A stretch of 64,000 nucleotides of DNA. It comes from an uncultured Acidobacteriota bacterium (GTDB taxonomy: Bacteria; Acidobacteriota; Thermoanaerobaculia; Gp7-AA8). The stretch lies in the NCBI GenBank assembly GCA_963822445.1, contig CAWGHO010000003.1, positions 1,568,001 through 1,632,000 of the forward strand. The letters are read 5' to 3'. Both the position numbers and the translations under genes were made by a program. This document shows positions 20,257-30,208 of this stretch, in pieces. The first letter of the stretch is position 1. The number at the start of each line of letters is the position of its first letter. The notes beneath the pieces are model-generated. The model was given only the letters and a program-made list of their open reading frames with translations. It was not told the origin of the DNA and did not search any database.

Positions 20257-21525
20257 CTAACGCTTCGGCCTCGAAACGAAATAAACAATCGCCCCCACCG
20301 TCAACGCGATCGCCGCGGCTAACAGCTTCCATCGATCGAGCGTCACCACGAACGCCAGCGCCACCAGCGTCCCGAGAATCGGCACGATGAGTCCCGGCGT
20401 GCGGAACCCTTCATTCAGTTTCCGCAGGCGCGGCACGGCCAGGCAGGTTGCGAGATACGTCGCCAGGCGCGCGGTCGCGGAGAGCAACGCCAGTTGCCGG
20501 AACGAGCCACCGAGTGCGAGGCCGAGGGCCACCGCCGTGTGAATGGCGATGGCAACGCTGGGCGTGCGGAATCGCGGATGCACGAACGAGACAGGTCCCA
20601 TGCGCCGGTCCAGTGACAGCGCGTACAGCATGCGCGAGCCCTCGAGCATCGTCCCGGAGTTCGTCCCGGCCATCGACATCAGCGCGCCGACGGTCACGAT
20701 CAACGCGCCAATCGGGCCGATGATCGCCGAAGCCGCGGATGCGATCGGCGTGTCGGTCTGCGACAGATCCGGCAGCGCGGACATCGCCCCGAGCTGCACG
20801 AGCGCGTAAATCGTCGCGATCACCAGAATGCCCGTGATCAGCGCAAACGGCAGATCGCGGCGCGGGTTCTTGTATTCACCCGCGGGAACACCGAGATTCT
20901 CGAAGCCGGCGTACGCGAAGAGCATGAACAACGCAGCGTCGACCCACTTCGTCCCCGGACCCGGCAACGTGAACGACTGCGGGATCGGGTTGGTCTTCCA
21001 GACGATGAGCGCCAGCAGGATGAAACCGATCAGCGGTACGAGCTTGCCGAAGGTGAAGATGTAGATCGATGCCGCGCCGTAGCGGACGCCGAGGTAGTGG
21101 ATCAGGGCGAGGATGAGAATCGTGGCGGTGATCACCATCGCCCGCGGAACGCCGGTTTTCAGTCCCGGTGCAAGCAACGCCAGCGCGACCACGAACCCGT
21201 TCGACAGCGAGGCCAGCGACGTAACGCGAGCGAGCCAGTTCATCCAGCCCGTTTCGAATCCGATGAAATCGCCGAACGCGGTCTTGGCGTACAGATACGC
21301 GCCGCCCGGTTCGCTGAAATGACTCGAAGCCTCGGCAAAACAGAGCGTCAGGATCAGCACCGGCACCGCAAACAGCAGTGGCGCCCAGAGCGAGAACGGT
21401 CCGAGAAGCTTGTACGACTCGGTCGGCAGGAGGAACACTCCCGAGCCGATGACGGCGTTGATGCACATCGCCACCAGGCCCCAGAAGCCGACGGTTCTGA
21501 CGAGTTTCTCGGTGCGGTCGTTCAT
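20257..21525 (-). CDS. APC family amino acid permease
   Basis: NAVIGSGVF, GGAYLY, FAYAGFE; about 12 TM helices. Confidence 0.93.
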   Translation of the reverse strand: MNDRTEKLVRTVGFWGLVAMCINAVIGSGVFLLPTESYKLLGPFSLWAPLLFAVPVLILTLCFAEASSHFSEPGGAYLYAKTAFGDFIGFETGWMNWLARVTSLASLSNGFVVALALLAPGLKTGVPRAMVITATILILALIHYLGVRYGAASIYIFTFGKLVPLIGFILLALIVWKTNPIPQSFTLPGPGTKWVDAALFMLFAYAGFENLGVPAGEYKNPRRDLPFALITGILVIATIYALVQLGAMSALPDLSQTDTPIASAASAIIGPIGALIVTVGALMSMAGTNSGTMLEGSRMLYALSLDRRMGPVSFVHPRFRTPSVAIAIHTAVALGLALGGSFRQLALLSATARLATYLATCLAVPRLRKLNEGFRTPGLIVPILGTLVALAFVVTLDRWKLLAAAIALTVGAIVYFVSRPKR

Positions 21526-23234
21526 CGCCGGTACCCTCTTCCTCGAATCGTCTTCCCGGGGAGCGCGCCGGTCATCTTCCCATCGCGCAGCACCGGGACC
21601 CCATTCACGATCACGTCGTTGATGCCTTCCGAGAAACGGTGGACGTCGGTGAATGTCGAAGGATCGCTGACCGTTTCCGGATCGAACACGACGATGTCCG
21701 CCTTCATCCCCGGCTTGAGCAGCCCGCGGTCATGCACGTTGATGCGCAGCGCGGCCTGTGAGGTGATCTTCCGGACCGCTTCCTCGATCGGGAACAGCTT
21801 CACATCGCGGACGTAGTGGCCGATGACGCGCGGGAACGTGCCGTACGCGCGGGGATGCATGGCGATGTTGCTCGCGCGCTGCGCCGCGGTGGGGGAGCTG
21901 GCGTCGGACCCGACCGAAACGAACGGCTGTTTGAGCGCATACCGCACGTCCTCTTCATTCATCGAGAAGTAGATTACGCGCGGCGAGTTTTCTTCCGCGG
22001 CAAACAGGCGGATCAGCGCTTCATCGACGCTGACGCCCATCTCCGCGGCGATGTCCTCGATGTACTTCTTCGCGTACTGGTTGCTCGGTCCGAAGATGTG
22101 CGCGACGAAGATGCCTTTCTCGCCACGCCGCGCGAACTGCGCACGGAAGGCTTCGGCGATCTTCGCGCGATGCTCGGGATCCTCGAGGCGCTTGCGGAAG
22201 TCGTCGTAGCCGCCTTCCATCGCCCAGTCGGGTGCGAGCGTGCTCAGGGCAGTCGAGGAGGCCGCGTATGGATAAATGTTCGCGGAGACGTCGATGCCTG
22301 AACGGCGTGCTTCCTCGATGCGGGCGATGATCTGCGGCATCCTTCCCCAGTTCGGGCGGCCGCCGATCTTGAGATGCCAGATGTTGACGGGGATTCCCGA
22401 CTCGTGGCCGATGCGGAACGCTTCGTCGAGCGCGGAGTCGATGCGATCGCCCTCGTCGCGGATGTGTGAGAAGTAAACGCCGCCGTACTTGTGCGCGACG
22501 CGCGACAGATTCACCAGCTCCTCGGGTGTCGAGAACATCGCCGGAACGTAAATCAGCGACGAGCCGATGCCCACCGCGCCGTCGAGCATGGCCTGCTCGA
22601 CGATTCGCTCCATCTCCTCCATCTCTGCGGCGGTGGGCTGGCGGTTGATGTCGCCGATGACGATCTCGCGCGGATTCGATGCGCCGAGGAGCATGGCGAA
22701 GTTGATGGCCGCACCGCGACGGTCGACTTCATCGAGGTACTGGCCGAGGGTCAGCCAGCGCTCGCCAGGTTTCACGCGATCGGCTTTGTAGGGGCCCGGC
22801 GAGTTGCCCTCGCCGCCAAGATGCGTGGTGACGCCCTGGCGGACGGTTGCCTCGAGATGCGGATCGTCGATGACCGTCGACTGCGACCAGCCGAGGAGAT
22901 CGATGAAGCCGGGCGAGACGATCTGGTTGCGGGCGTCGATGGTTGATCTGGCTTTGACGACGGAAAGATCGCCGATCGCGACGATCGTGTCGCCGCGCAC
23001 GCCGATGTCCGCGCGAAACCAGGGAGAGCCGGTGCCGTCGAGGATGCGGCCGTTGGTGATTTTCAGATCCAACATGTTTGGTTTGAGCTTCGTGGTCGCA
23101 CAGGCCGTGGTGAGAAGGATGAGCAGCGCGGCGGCGCCGAGTCGCAGAGTCTCAGAGTCGCAGAGTCTCAAAGAATGATTCTGTTCGCGAATGCCCTCTC
23201 TGAGACTTTGAGACTCTGCGACTCTGAGACTCAT
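21522..23234 (-). CDS. N-acyl-D-amino-acid deacylase (D-aminoacylase) family amidohydrolase, lipoprotein
   Basis: ILDGTG, VSPGFID, SHIRDEG, WHLK, VGSD, HPRAYGTFPR, ADIVVFD; N-terminus contains translated repeat. Confidence 0.88.
   Translation of the reverse strand: MSLRVAESQSLREGIREQNHSLRLCDSETLRLGAAALLILLTTACATTKLKPNMLDLKITNGRILDGTGSPWFRADIGVRGDTIVAIGDLSVVKARSTIDARNQIVSPGFIDLLGWSQSTVIDDPHLEATVRQGVTTHLGGEGNSPGPYKADRVKPGERWLTLGQYLDEVDRRGAAINFAMLLGASNPREIVIGDINRQPTAAEMEEMERIVEQAMLDGAVGIGSSLIYVPAMFSTPEELVNLSRVAHKYGGVYFSHIRDEGDRIDSALDEAFRIGHESGIPVNIWHLKIGGRPNWGRMPQIIARIEEARRSGIDVSANIYPYAASSTALSTLAPDWAMEGGYDDFRKRLEDPEHRAKIAEAFRAQFARRGEKGIFVAHIFGPSNQYAKKYIEDIAAEMGVSVDEALIRLFAAEENSPRVIYFSMNEEDVRYALKQPFVSVGSDASSPTAAQRASNIAMHPRAYGTFPRVIGHYVRDVKLFPIEEAVRKITSQAALRINVHDRGLLKPGMKADIVVFDPETVSDPSTFTDVHRFSEGINDVIVNGVPVLRDGKMTGALPGKTIRGRGYRR
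23140..23232. repeat. Inverted octamer tandem-repeat element (AGTCKCAG / CTGMGACT)
   Basis: agtcgcagagtctcagagtcgcagagtctca ... tgagactttgagactctgcgactctgagactc; second copy at 47770. Confidence 0.85.
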
Positions 23235-24496
23235 TCCATCCCCCTCACCAAGTCCGCCATCTCCTGCCTGTTCCGGATCACCCGCACCTCATCGCCGTCG
23301 ACGAGGATCTCCGGCGGCAACAGGCGGGCGTTGTAGTGGGAGGCCATGGAGAAGCCGTAGGCGCCGGCGTCGCAGAAGGCGAGGAGGTCGCCGACTTCGA
23401 CGCGATCGATCGTGCGGGTCTGGGCGCGGCCCTCGACGCGCGTGAACACGTCGCCGGACTCGCAGAGGTTGCCGGCCACTACGACCTTCTCGCGCGTCGC
23501 CTCATCGCGCCATGATCCGCGCAACGATGCTTCGCTGCCGCGGGAGGCGTTGATGATGTGGTGATACGCGCCGTACTTCGACGGACGGACCAGGTGATTG
23601 AAGCCGGTGTCGCAGCCGATCCAGTCCACGCCCGCGCTGATGCGCCGGCTGGTCGTCCGGGCCAGCAGCGTTCCCGATGAGGCGACGACGTAGCGGCCCG
23701 GCTCGAGAATCGCGGTGAGGTCGCGCGCCCGCATCATCGCGCCGGCCACGCGGGCCAGCTCCGCGCCGTATTCGTCGATCGGGAACTCGCTGTCGGCCGG
23801 TTTGTACGGCGTGGAGATCCCGCCGCCGAAATTGATCCAGCGCAGGTTCGGGAAACCGGGAGCCAGCTCCAGCAGCGCCCGCGCGGCCTGGATCAGCGGC
23901 GCAATCCTGTCGATGCCCGATCCGATGTGCGAATGCAGACCGACGACCTTGCGTCCGGCGTCTTCCACGAGAATGCGGGCCTCGTTGATCTCGGCGAGAT
24001 CGATCCCGAACTTCACGCTGTCGCCCGCGGTGATGACGTCGCTGTGATGCCCCGCGCCGACGTCGGGATTGACCCGGAGAGCGATGGGATTCTCGAGATC
24101 GACGCTGAGCACGCGGTCGATCTCGGACATGGAGTTCACGTTGATGACGATGCCCGGGTAGGGGATGGCCCGCAGGTCTTCGTCGGAAACGTTCGAGCAG
24201 GTGAACCAGATCTCGTCTGCCTGATAGCCGGCCGCGCGCGCGAGGTAGATCTCGCCGGGCGACACGGCGTCGCAGCCGAAGCCATGCTCGCGGATCATGC
24301 GCAGGATGGACACGTTGCCGTTCGCCTTCATCGCGTAAAACGGGCGGAAGGGGAGGCCGGCGAAGGCGTTCTTCACCTTCTCGATCTGCGTGCGGATCGC
24401 CGCGGCGTCGTAAACGTAAAGAGGGGTTCCGAAGCGGGCCGCGAGCTCCGCGGCGGCAACGTCACCGATGTACAGGTATCCGGACCGATACTCCAT
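23231..24496 (-). CDS. lysA: Diaminopimelate decarboxylase
   Basis: FGTPLYVYD, YAMKAN, HSHIGS, EPGR, GNLCESGD, AGAYGFSMASHYN. Confidence 0.95.
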   Translation of the reverse strand: MEYRSGYLYIGDVAAAELAARFGTPLYVYDAAAIRTQIEKVKNAFAGLPFRPFYAMKANGNVSILRMIREHGFGCDAVSPGEIYLARAAGYQADEIWFTCSNVSDEDLRAIPYPGIVINVNSMSEIDRVLSVDLENPIALRVNPDVGAGHHSDVITAGDSVKFGIDLAEINEARILVEDAGRKVVGLHSHIGSGIDRIAPLIQAARALLELAPGFPNLRWINFGGGISTPYKPADSEFPIDEYGAELARVAGAMMRARDLTAILEPGRYVVASSGTLLARTTSRRISAGVDWIGCDTGFNHLVRPSKYGAYHHIINASRGSEASLRGSWRDEATREKVVVAGNLCESGDVFTRVEGRAQTRTIDRVEVGDLLAFCDAGAYGFSMASHYNARLLPPEILVDGDEVRVIRNRQEMADLVRGME

Positions 24497-24536
24497 TTCG
24501 CCGCGCGAGTGTAAGGCATGAGTGATAATTCAACGC

Positions 24537-25331
24537 ATGCAGCAATACCTGTCACTCGTGCAGCACATCCTCGAGAACGGCGCGAAGAAAACCGACCGCA
24601 CCGGCACGGGCACGCTCAGCGTCTTCGGTCATCAGCTTCGCTTCGACCTCGGCGCCGGTTTCCCGCTGCTCACCACCAAGAAGCTGCATCTGCGCTCGAT
24701 CATCTACGAGCTGCTCTGGTTCCTGCGCGGCGAGACGAACGTGAAGTTCCTGCAGGAGAACAAGGTCACGATCTGGGACGAATGGGCGAACGCGGAAGGC
24801 GATCTCGGTCCGGTCTACGGCTATCAGTGGCGCTCCTGGCCGGCCGCGGACGGACGGCACATCGACCAGATCACGAACGTCATCAACGACATCAAACGCA
24901 CGCCGGACTCGCGCCGCCTCGTCGTGAGCGCATGGAACGTCGGTGAGCTCGACAAGATGGCCCTGCAGCCCTGCCACGCGCTCTTCCAGTTCTACGTGGC
25001 CGACGGCAAGCTCTCCTGCCAGATGTACCAGCGCAGCGCCGACGTCTTCCTCGGCGTCCCCTTCAACATCGCCTCGTACGCGCTTCTGACGATGATGGTC
25101 GCGCAGGTCACCGGTCTGCAGCCCGGCGACTTCGTTCACACGCTCGGCGACGCGCACCTTTACTCGAATCATCTCGAGCAGGCCCGCGAGCAGCTCACGC
25201 GCGCGCCGCGGCCGCTGCCGTCGATGCGGCTCAATCCCGAGGTCACTTCGATCTTCGATTTCAAGTTCAGCGACTTCACGCTCGAGAACTACGATCCTCA
25301 TCCGAGCATCAAGGCACCGATCGCCGTATGA
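24537..25331 (+). CDS. thyA: Thymidylate synthase
   Basis: [38 protein letters not shown]. Confidence 0.98.
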   Translation: MQQYLSLVQHILENGAKKTDRTGTGTLSVFGHQLRFDLGAGFPLLTTKKLHLRSIIYELLWFLRGETNVKFLQENKVTIWDEWANAEGDLGPVYGYQWRSWPAADGRHIDQITNVINDIKRTPDSRRLVVSAWNVGELDKMALQPCHALFQFYVADGKLSCQMYQRSADVFLGVPFNIASYALLTMMVAQVTGLQPGDFVHTLGDAHLYSNHLEQAREQLTRAPRPLPSMRLNPEVTSIFDFKFSDFTLENYDPHPSIKAPIAV

Positions 25332-25855
25332 GGCTCTCCATGATTGCCGCGCTGGCGGCGAACGGCGTGATCGGCAGAAACAACGACCTTCCCTGGCACA
25401 TCAGCACCGATCTGAAGCGGCTCAAGAAGCTGACCATGGGCCATCACATGATCATGGGCCGCAAGACCTACGACTCGATCGGCCGTCCGCTGCCCGGACG
25501 GACCTTCATCGTCATCACCGGGAATCCCGAATTCAAAGCCGAAGGCGTGACGGTTACCAACTCACTCGAAGACGCGATTCGCATCGCGGAGCAGTCAGGG
25601 GATGCGGAGCCGTTCATCGCCGGTGGGGCGGTGGTGTTCGAGCAGGCCATCCATCGTGCCGACCGCATGTACCTCACGCGCATCCACGCGGACGTCGAAG
25701 GGGATACGTTCTTCCCCGAGTTCGACGACGTGACGGAGTGGAAGCTCACCGACTCCGAACATTTCGAAGCCGGTGAGAAGGACGAGTATCCCTTCTCCTT
25801 CCTGACCTACGACCGGGTTGCGCCGGCCGGTCATGCCATTCCGGAAGAGGGATAG
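25328..25855 (+). CDS. folA: Dihydrofolate reductase
   Basis: [30 protein letters not shown]. Confidence 0.97.
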   Translation: MRLSMIAALAANGVIGRNNDLPWHISTDLKRLKKLTMGHHMIMGRKTYDSIGRPLPGRTFIVITGNPEFKAEGVTVTNSLEDAIRIAEQSGDAEPFIAGGAVVFEQAIHRADRMYLTRIHADVEGDTFFPEFDDVTEWKLTDSEHFEAGEKDEYPFSFLTYDRVAPAGHAIPEEG

Positions 25856-25866
25856 CCTTTCGCCGC

Positions 25867-27093
25867 ATGTACTGGCGGCTGTTGCGAACGAATCGCGATT
25901 TCAGATTGCTGTACTTCGGCACGCTGATCTCGCTGGGCGGCGACTGGTTCCTCACCGTCGCGCTGCTCGACCTCGTGCTGCAGCTCACCGGCTCGGCCAC
26001 GCTCGCCTCGGTGATGATGCTCTGTCAGACGTTGCCGATCTTTCTGTTCACGCCGCACGCGGGGCATGTCATCGATCGCCTCGACCGGCAGAAGCTGATG
26101 ATCGCCGTCGATCTCGCGCGCGCCGTCGCCTGCCTGCTGCCGTTGCTGGCGCGCACACCGGAAACCCTGCCGTTCGCGTATGCCGGCGTGATCATCATCT
26201 CCATCGGCTCGGCGTACTTCGAGCCGACCTCACACGCCGCGTTGCCGAATCTCGTCGCCGAGGAAGACCTTGGCGCAGCCAACGTGCTTATGGGCTCGAC
26301 GTGGGGAACGATGCTCGCCGTCGGTGCAGCCATCGGCGGACTGGTGACGATGCGGTTCGGCCGCGACGCGTCGTTCGTCATCGATGCGATCAGCTTCGTC
26401 GTCTCGGCGGTGCTGTTGAAGATGATCCGCACGCCATTCGCGGAGACCCGCGACGCCCACCACGTGCAACCGCCGCTTCTTGAATCGATTCGCGAAACGA
26501 TCCGCTTCGCCAAAGCCCATCCCCGCGTGCTCGGCTTGCTCACAGTGAAAGGCGGCTACGGCCTCGGCGCGGGCGTCATCGCCATGCTCAGCGTGTTCGG
26601 TCGCGAGGTCTTCCAGGCCGGCGCCTACGGCATCGGTCTCCTGTTCGCCGCAAGAGGGATGGGCGCGCTGCTCGGCCCGTTCATGGTGCGGGGTATCGCG
26701 CGCCGCGATGAAACGCAGTATCGCGCGATCGCGTTCTGCATCCTCGCGTTCGGTGCGGGTTATGTGGCGCTGGCGTTCTCGAAATCGCTGGCCTTCGGAC
26801 TCCTGGCCATCTTCTTCGCCCACCTCGGCGGCGGAACGGCCTGGCAGATCTCCTCGTATGGATTGCAGCGCGAGACGCCGGACCACATCCGCGGCCGCGT
26901 CTTCGCCGCCGACTACGGCTTCGTCACGCTGACCATGGCCCTGTCGAGCCTCGGTGCCGGAATCGCGTCCGATCGCTACGGTCCGTTGGCGGCCACTGTC
27001 GGAACGGCGATGCTCTCGCTGATGTTCGGCGCCGGCTGGGCGCTCTCGACGTGGCGCCTCTGGAGATCGCCGCGCATCGATCCGCGCACGTAA
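25867..27093 (+). CDS. MFS transporter (macrolide-efflux/DHA3-like)
   Basis: 12 TM; G...DRLDRQKLMI..DL.R; LQRETP..IRGRVF. Confidence 0.9.
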   Translation: MYWRLLRTNRDFRLLYFGTLISLGGDWFLTVALLDLVLQLTGSATLASVMMLCQTLPIFLFTPHAGHVIDRLDRQKLMIAVDLARAVACLLPLLARTPETLPFAYAGVIIISIGSAYFEPTSHAALPNLVAEEDLGAANVLMGSTWGTMLAVGAAIGGLVTMRFGRDASFVIDAISFVVSAVLLKMIRTPFAETRDAHHVQPPLLESIRETIRFAKAHPRVLGLLTVKGGYGLGAGVIAMLSVFGREVFQAGAYGIGLLFAARGMGALLGPFMVRGIARRDETQYRAIAFCILAFGAGYVALAFSKSLAFGLLAIFFAHLGGGTAWQISSYGLQRETPDHIRGRVFAADYGFVTLTMALSSLGAGIASDRYGPLAATVGTAMLSLMFGAGWALSTWRLWRSPRIDPRT

Positions 27094-27716
27094 CCGATGA
27101 TCGCTGAGACCGGACCGAGCAGGAAGTACATCAGTCCGGCCAGTCCGACCCATTTGCCCTGCAAGGTGTAGCCGAGCGTGATCGAGGTGATGCCGAGGGC
27201 GATGTAGGAGCCGTACATCCAGAGCGAGGTTTTCGTGTCGTGGATCTCGAACTCGTTCAATCGCAGTTGCTCGCGGCGGCGATAGGCGAGGAGATACATC
27301 GCCGAAAGCAGCACGAAAATGCCGGCGAAGCCCGCGCCGTAAATCAGAAAGAGTGTCGGAGGATGGGTGCTGCGGCGGTCGATCAATCCCGTGTTCAACC
27401 CGAAGATGAATTTGAGCGGATACGTGTAGAAGAGCACCACGAACAACAGCGCAGCGTTGAGGGCGATCACCAGCCCGTCCTGCATGTTGTAGCGGCGGAA
27501 GAAGCGGTGATGCTCGAACCAGATCCAGACCAGGATGGCGAAGCAGATCGCGAACGCGGGCACACCGCGCATGATGCTCACCAGTTCGTCATAGGTTCTC
27601 GGCACTTCCAGCGAGACGACGATGAGCGTCAGCGCGAAGCCGAACACGACATCGCTGAACGCCTCGGTGCGCGAGACCTCGCGCGCGCGGGGGCGGAACT
27701 TGAATTTGTCACGCAT
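26976..27716 (-). CDS. TMEM175/DUF1211 family putative K+ channel
   Basis: R.EAFSDVVFGFALTL signature; W..HH.FF. Confidence 0.85.
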   Translation of the reverse strand: MRDKFKFRPRAREVSRTEAFSDVVFGFALTLIVVSLEVPRTYDELVSIMRGVPAFAICFAILVWIWFEHHRFFRRYNMQDGLVIALNAALLFVVLFYTYPLKFIFGLNTGLIDRRSTHPPTLFLIYGAGFAGIFVLLSAMYLLAYRRREQLRLNEFEIHDTKTSLWMYGSYIALGITSITLGYTLQGKWVGLAGLMYFLLGPVSAIIGYVRGSMRGDLQRRHVESAQPAPNISESIAVPTVAANGP

Positions 27717-27761
27717 GCCGTAACTTTAACGGCTCCGGGTTCGGCTGTCGCCTGACGTTTG

Positions 27762-29654
27762 TCAGGCCGCTCGCGTTACGAGAGCCGATTCCTCGAGCCA
27801 CTTCTGAATCACAGCCGCGACGTTCGGGTGATATCGGTCCTTCGCAATCGCGAAAATCTCAGCCGCCCGCGTGCGATTCACGGCAATCAGCGCGCTGTAA
27901 ACGGTGGTCATGGTCCCGTTTCCGCCGCCGCGCATCAGTACGCGCTCGACCGCGGCATCGGCCGGTGAGTACTTCGCGGCGAGAGCGTTCGTCAGCCACG
28001 CCGTCGGCGGCGCCTGGCGCATGCTCAGCCCGAGCGCCGCGTCGATCTCGCCCAGCCGCGAGCGAAGCGTGTCTTGATTCGCGCCCTGCAGAAAGAGATT
28101 GAGCTCGGTCTCGGTCCACGACTGCGGATCGAGTGTCGAGAATGCCGCGCCCCCGCTGAACGCGATCAGCCGCGCGGTGACGCGGTCATACATCACGGAG
28201 CTCGTCGGTGCGGTGAGGTTCGATGGCAGCCCCGTTCCGTAGAGCCATTCCGACAATCGCAGGGTCGCGGCCGGTGCGTGGCCGAGCGTCGCCGCCAGTC
28301 GCGCGACGAAGTTGCGGTCGTCGACCCAGCGGAACGAGAACGAGCGGAAGTAATCGCGCAGGAATCGGTCGAGCGTCGCGCGGCCCAGGTGGCCTTCGAG
28401 CGTGCGGAGGAACAGCGAGCCCTTCGTGTACGCGGTAATGTTGAAGCCGTACGGATCGGGCACCGTGCGATGCAGCGTCGTGACCTCGGGCGTCTGCGTT
28501 GTACTGGCGAAGCCCTGATAGTTCAGCCGATCGATCTGGAATCCCAGCTCGCTGAGCTCGCGGTAACCCATCTCCTCGAGGATCCGTAGTGTGAGATACG
28601 AGGTGATGCCCTCGTTCAGCCAGATGTCGTTCCACGAACCGAGCGTCGTCGCGTCGCCGGCCCACGAATGCGCGAGCTCGTGCGCCATGAGATTCCGCGG
28701 CTCCAAGACCGCGGGCCGATTGCCGGTCACCACGCTGAAGGGATTGATGAAATTGAGCATCGGATGCTCCATCCCGCCGGCGATGTACGTCGGCGGCATG
28801 AGCAGCACGTCATGCCGCGGGAAGGGGTGCGGGCCGAGGATGCGCTCCGCGGCGGCGAGCATGTCCGGGAGATACGCGAGCTCCCAGGCCGCATCCTCGA
28901 GCAGCTCCGGCTCGGCATAGACGCCGGTGCGCTCATTGAAGGGGTGATAGGCGAGGCGGCCGACGGCGAGCGCGATGAGGTACGACGGAATCGATTGCTC
29001 CATCGCGAACGTGTAGACGCCGCTTGCTTCGACCTCGCGCGGGTTGTCGCCGGCGCTCATCAAGGCGAGAAGGCCCTGCGGAACGCGGATCGTGGCGTCG
29101 TAAGTCAGACGCACGGTCGGCGTGTCCTGCAGCGGAATCCACGACCGCGCCTGGATCGGCTCGTTCTGCGTGTAGAGGTACGGTTGCACGCGGCCGTAAC
29201 TCTGCGCGGCGGTGTTCCAGAGGAGTCCCGCGGCGTTGCTCGTCGAATATTCGATGGTCACTCTCCGCGTCGTCGGCTCGATGTCGATCCGCAGCGGCGT
29301 GCCCCAGTCGGTGGTCGTGCCGAAGGAGTAAGTCGCGGGCTGGCCGTCGCGCGTGACGCGCGAGATCGTCAGCGCGGATGTGTCGAGGATCAGCGTCCGG
29401 GTGCCGGTGAGGTTCTGAATGTCGAGCGTGGCCTTGCCGCTGACGCGTCGGGTCGCGAAGTCGACGGTCAGATCGAGCGTGAGATGGCGTGTGGTGATTC
29501 TGGCCGGCTCGGAGAAGCTGAACGCGTCCTGCGGCAGGTCGGTGAACGGCGACGGATGCTGCACCGCGCGATGGCGCGCGTTCATCAGCAGCAGGACAAT
29601 GCCGAGGGAAAGCAGAAGGCGTGTTAACGCTCGGTCTCTAACGCGCATCTTCAT
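27762..29654 (-). CDS. Secreted M1 family aminopeptidase (LTA4-hydrolase-like)
   Basis: ARSWIPLQDTP, PSYLIALAVG, GGMEHP, HELAHSW.G...W...WLNEG, AYTKG. Confidence 0.93.
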   Translation of the reverse strand: MKMRVRDRALTRLLLSLGIVLLLMNARHRAVQHPSPFTDLPQDAFSFSEPARITTRHLTLDLTVDFATRRVSGKATLDIQNLTGTRTLILDTSALTISRVTRDGQPATYSFGTTTDWGTPLRIDIEPTTRRVTIEYSTSNAAGLLWNTAAQSYGRVQPYLYTQNEPIQARSWIPLQDTPTVRLTYDATIRVPQGLLALMSAGDNPREVEASGVYTFAMEQSIPSYLIALAVGRLAYHPFNERTGVYAEPELLEDAAWELAYLPDMLAAAERILGPHPFPRHDVLLMPPTYIAGGMEHPMLNFINPFSVVTGNRPAVLEPRNLMAHELAHSWAGDATTLGSWNDIWLNEGITSYLTLRILEEMGYRELSELGFQIDRLNYQGFASTTQTPEVTTLHRTVPDPYGFNITAYTKGSLFLRTLEGHLGRATLDRFLRDYFRSFSFRWVDDRNFVARLAATLGHAPAATLRLSEWLYGTGLPSNLTAPTSSVMYDRVTARLIAFSGGAAFSTLDPQSWTETELNLFLQGANQDTLRSRLGEIDAALGLSMRQAPPTAWLTNALAAKYSPADAAVERVLMRGGGNGTMTTVYSALIAVNRTRAAEIFAIAKDRYHPNVAAVIQKWLEESALVTRAA

Positions 29655-29671
29655 CCGTGGAGGGTAAACGA

Positions 29672-30208
29672 ATGAAAGCTCGATGGCTGCCGCTGGTCCT
29701 GCCGTTGTTTGCGATTGTTGTCGGAGCCGGTCAGTGGGGCCCCGGCGCGACATTCGCGCCCCCAGGCGAGCCCGGCACGCGGCTCATCGTGTCCGGGAAA
29801 GTGTGGGATCACACCGGCACGAAAGGGGTCGCGGGCGTGAAGCTCTACGCGTATCACACCGACGCGAAGGGGATTTACAACGTGCCCGGCGCGCGTCAGC
29901 GGGCTCGCCTCCACGGCACGGTCATTACCGACGCGCAGGGCCGCTTCGAATGGCGAACCATCCGGCCGATGCCCTATCCCGGCGGCGGAAACCCGGCGCA
30001 CATTCACATCGAGGCGTCCGGAGGCGGTTATCCGGCTCAACATCCCGATGCGCTCGAGTTTGACGACGATCCGTATCTGAGCGACGCGAGGAAGCAGGCC
30101 TCGAAGGCCAAAGGAAAATTCGCCCCGATCGTGACCACCACCCGTGGCGCGAAAGGTGTGCTTCACGCGACGTTCAACATCCGTATGAGCCAGAATCCGG
30201 GAAGTTGA
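29672..30208 (+). CDS. Secreted intradiol ring-cleavage dioxygenase-like protein
   Basis: Signal peptide; YHTDAKGIY, TDAQGRF..RTIRP.PY, PAHIH iron-ligand pattern. Confidence 0.8.
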   Translation: MKARWLPLVLPLFAIVVGAGQWGPGATFAPPGEPGTRLIVSGKVWDHTGTKGVAGVKLYAYHTDAKGIYNVPGARQRARLHGTVITDAQGRFEWRTIRPMPYPGGGNPAHIHIEASGGGYPAQHPDALEFDDDPYLSDARKQASKAKGKFAPIVTTTRGAKGVLHATFNIRMSQNPGS

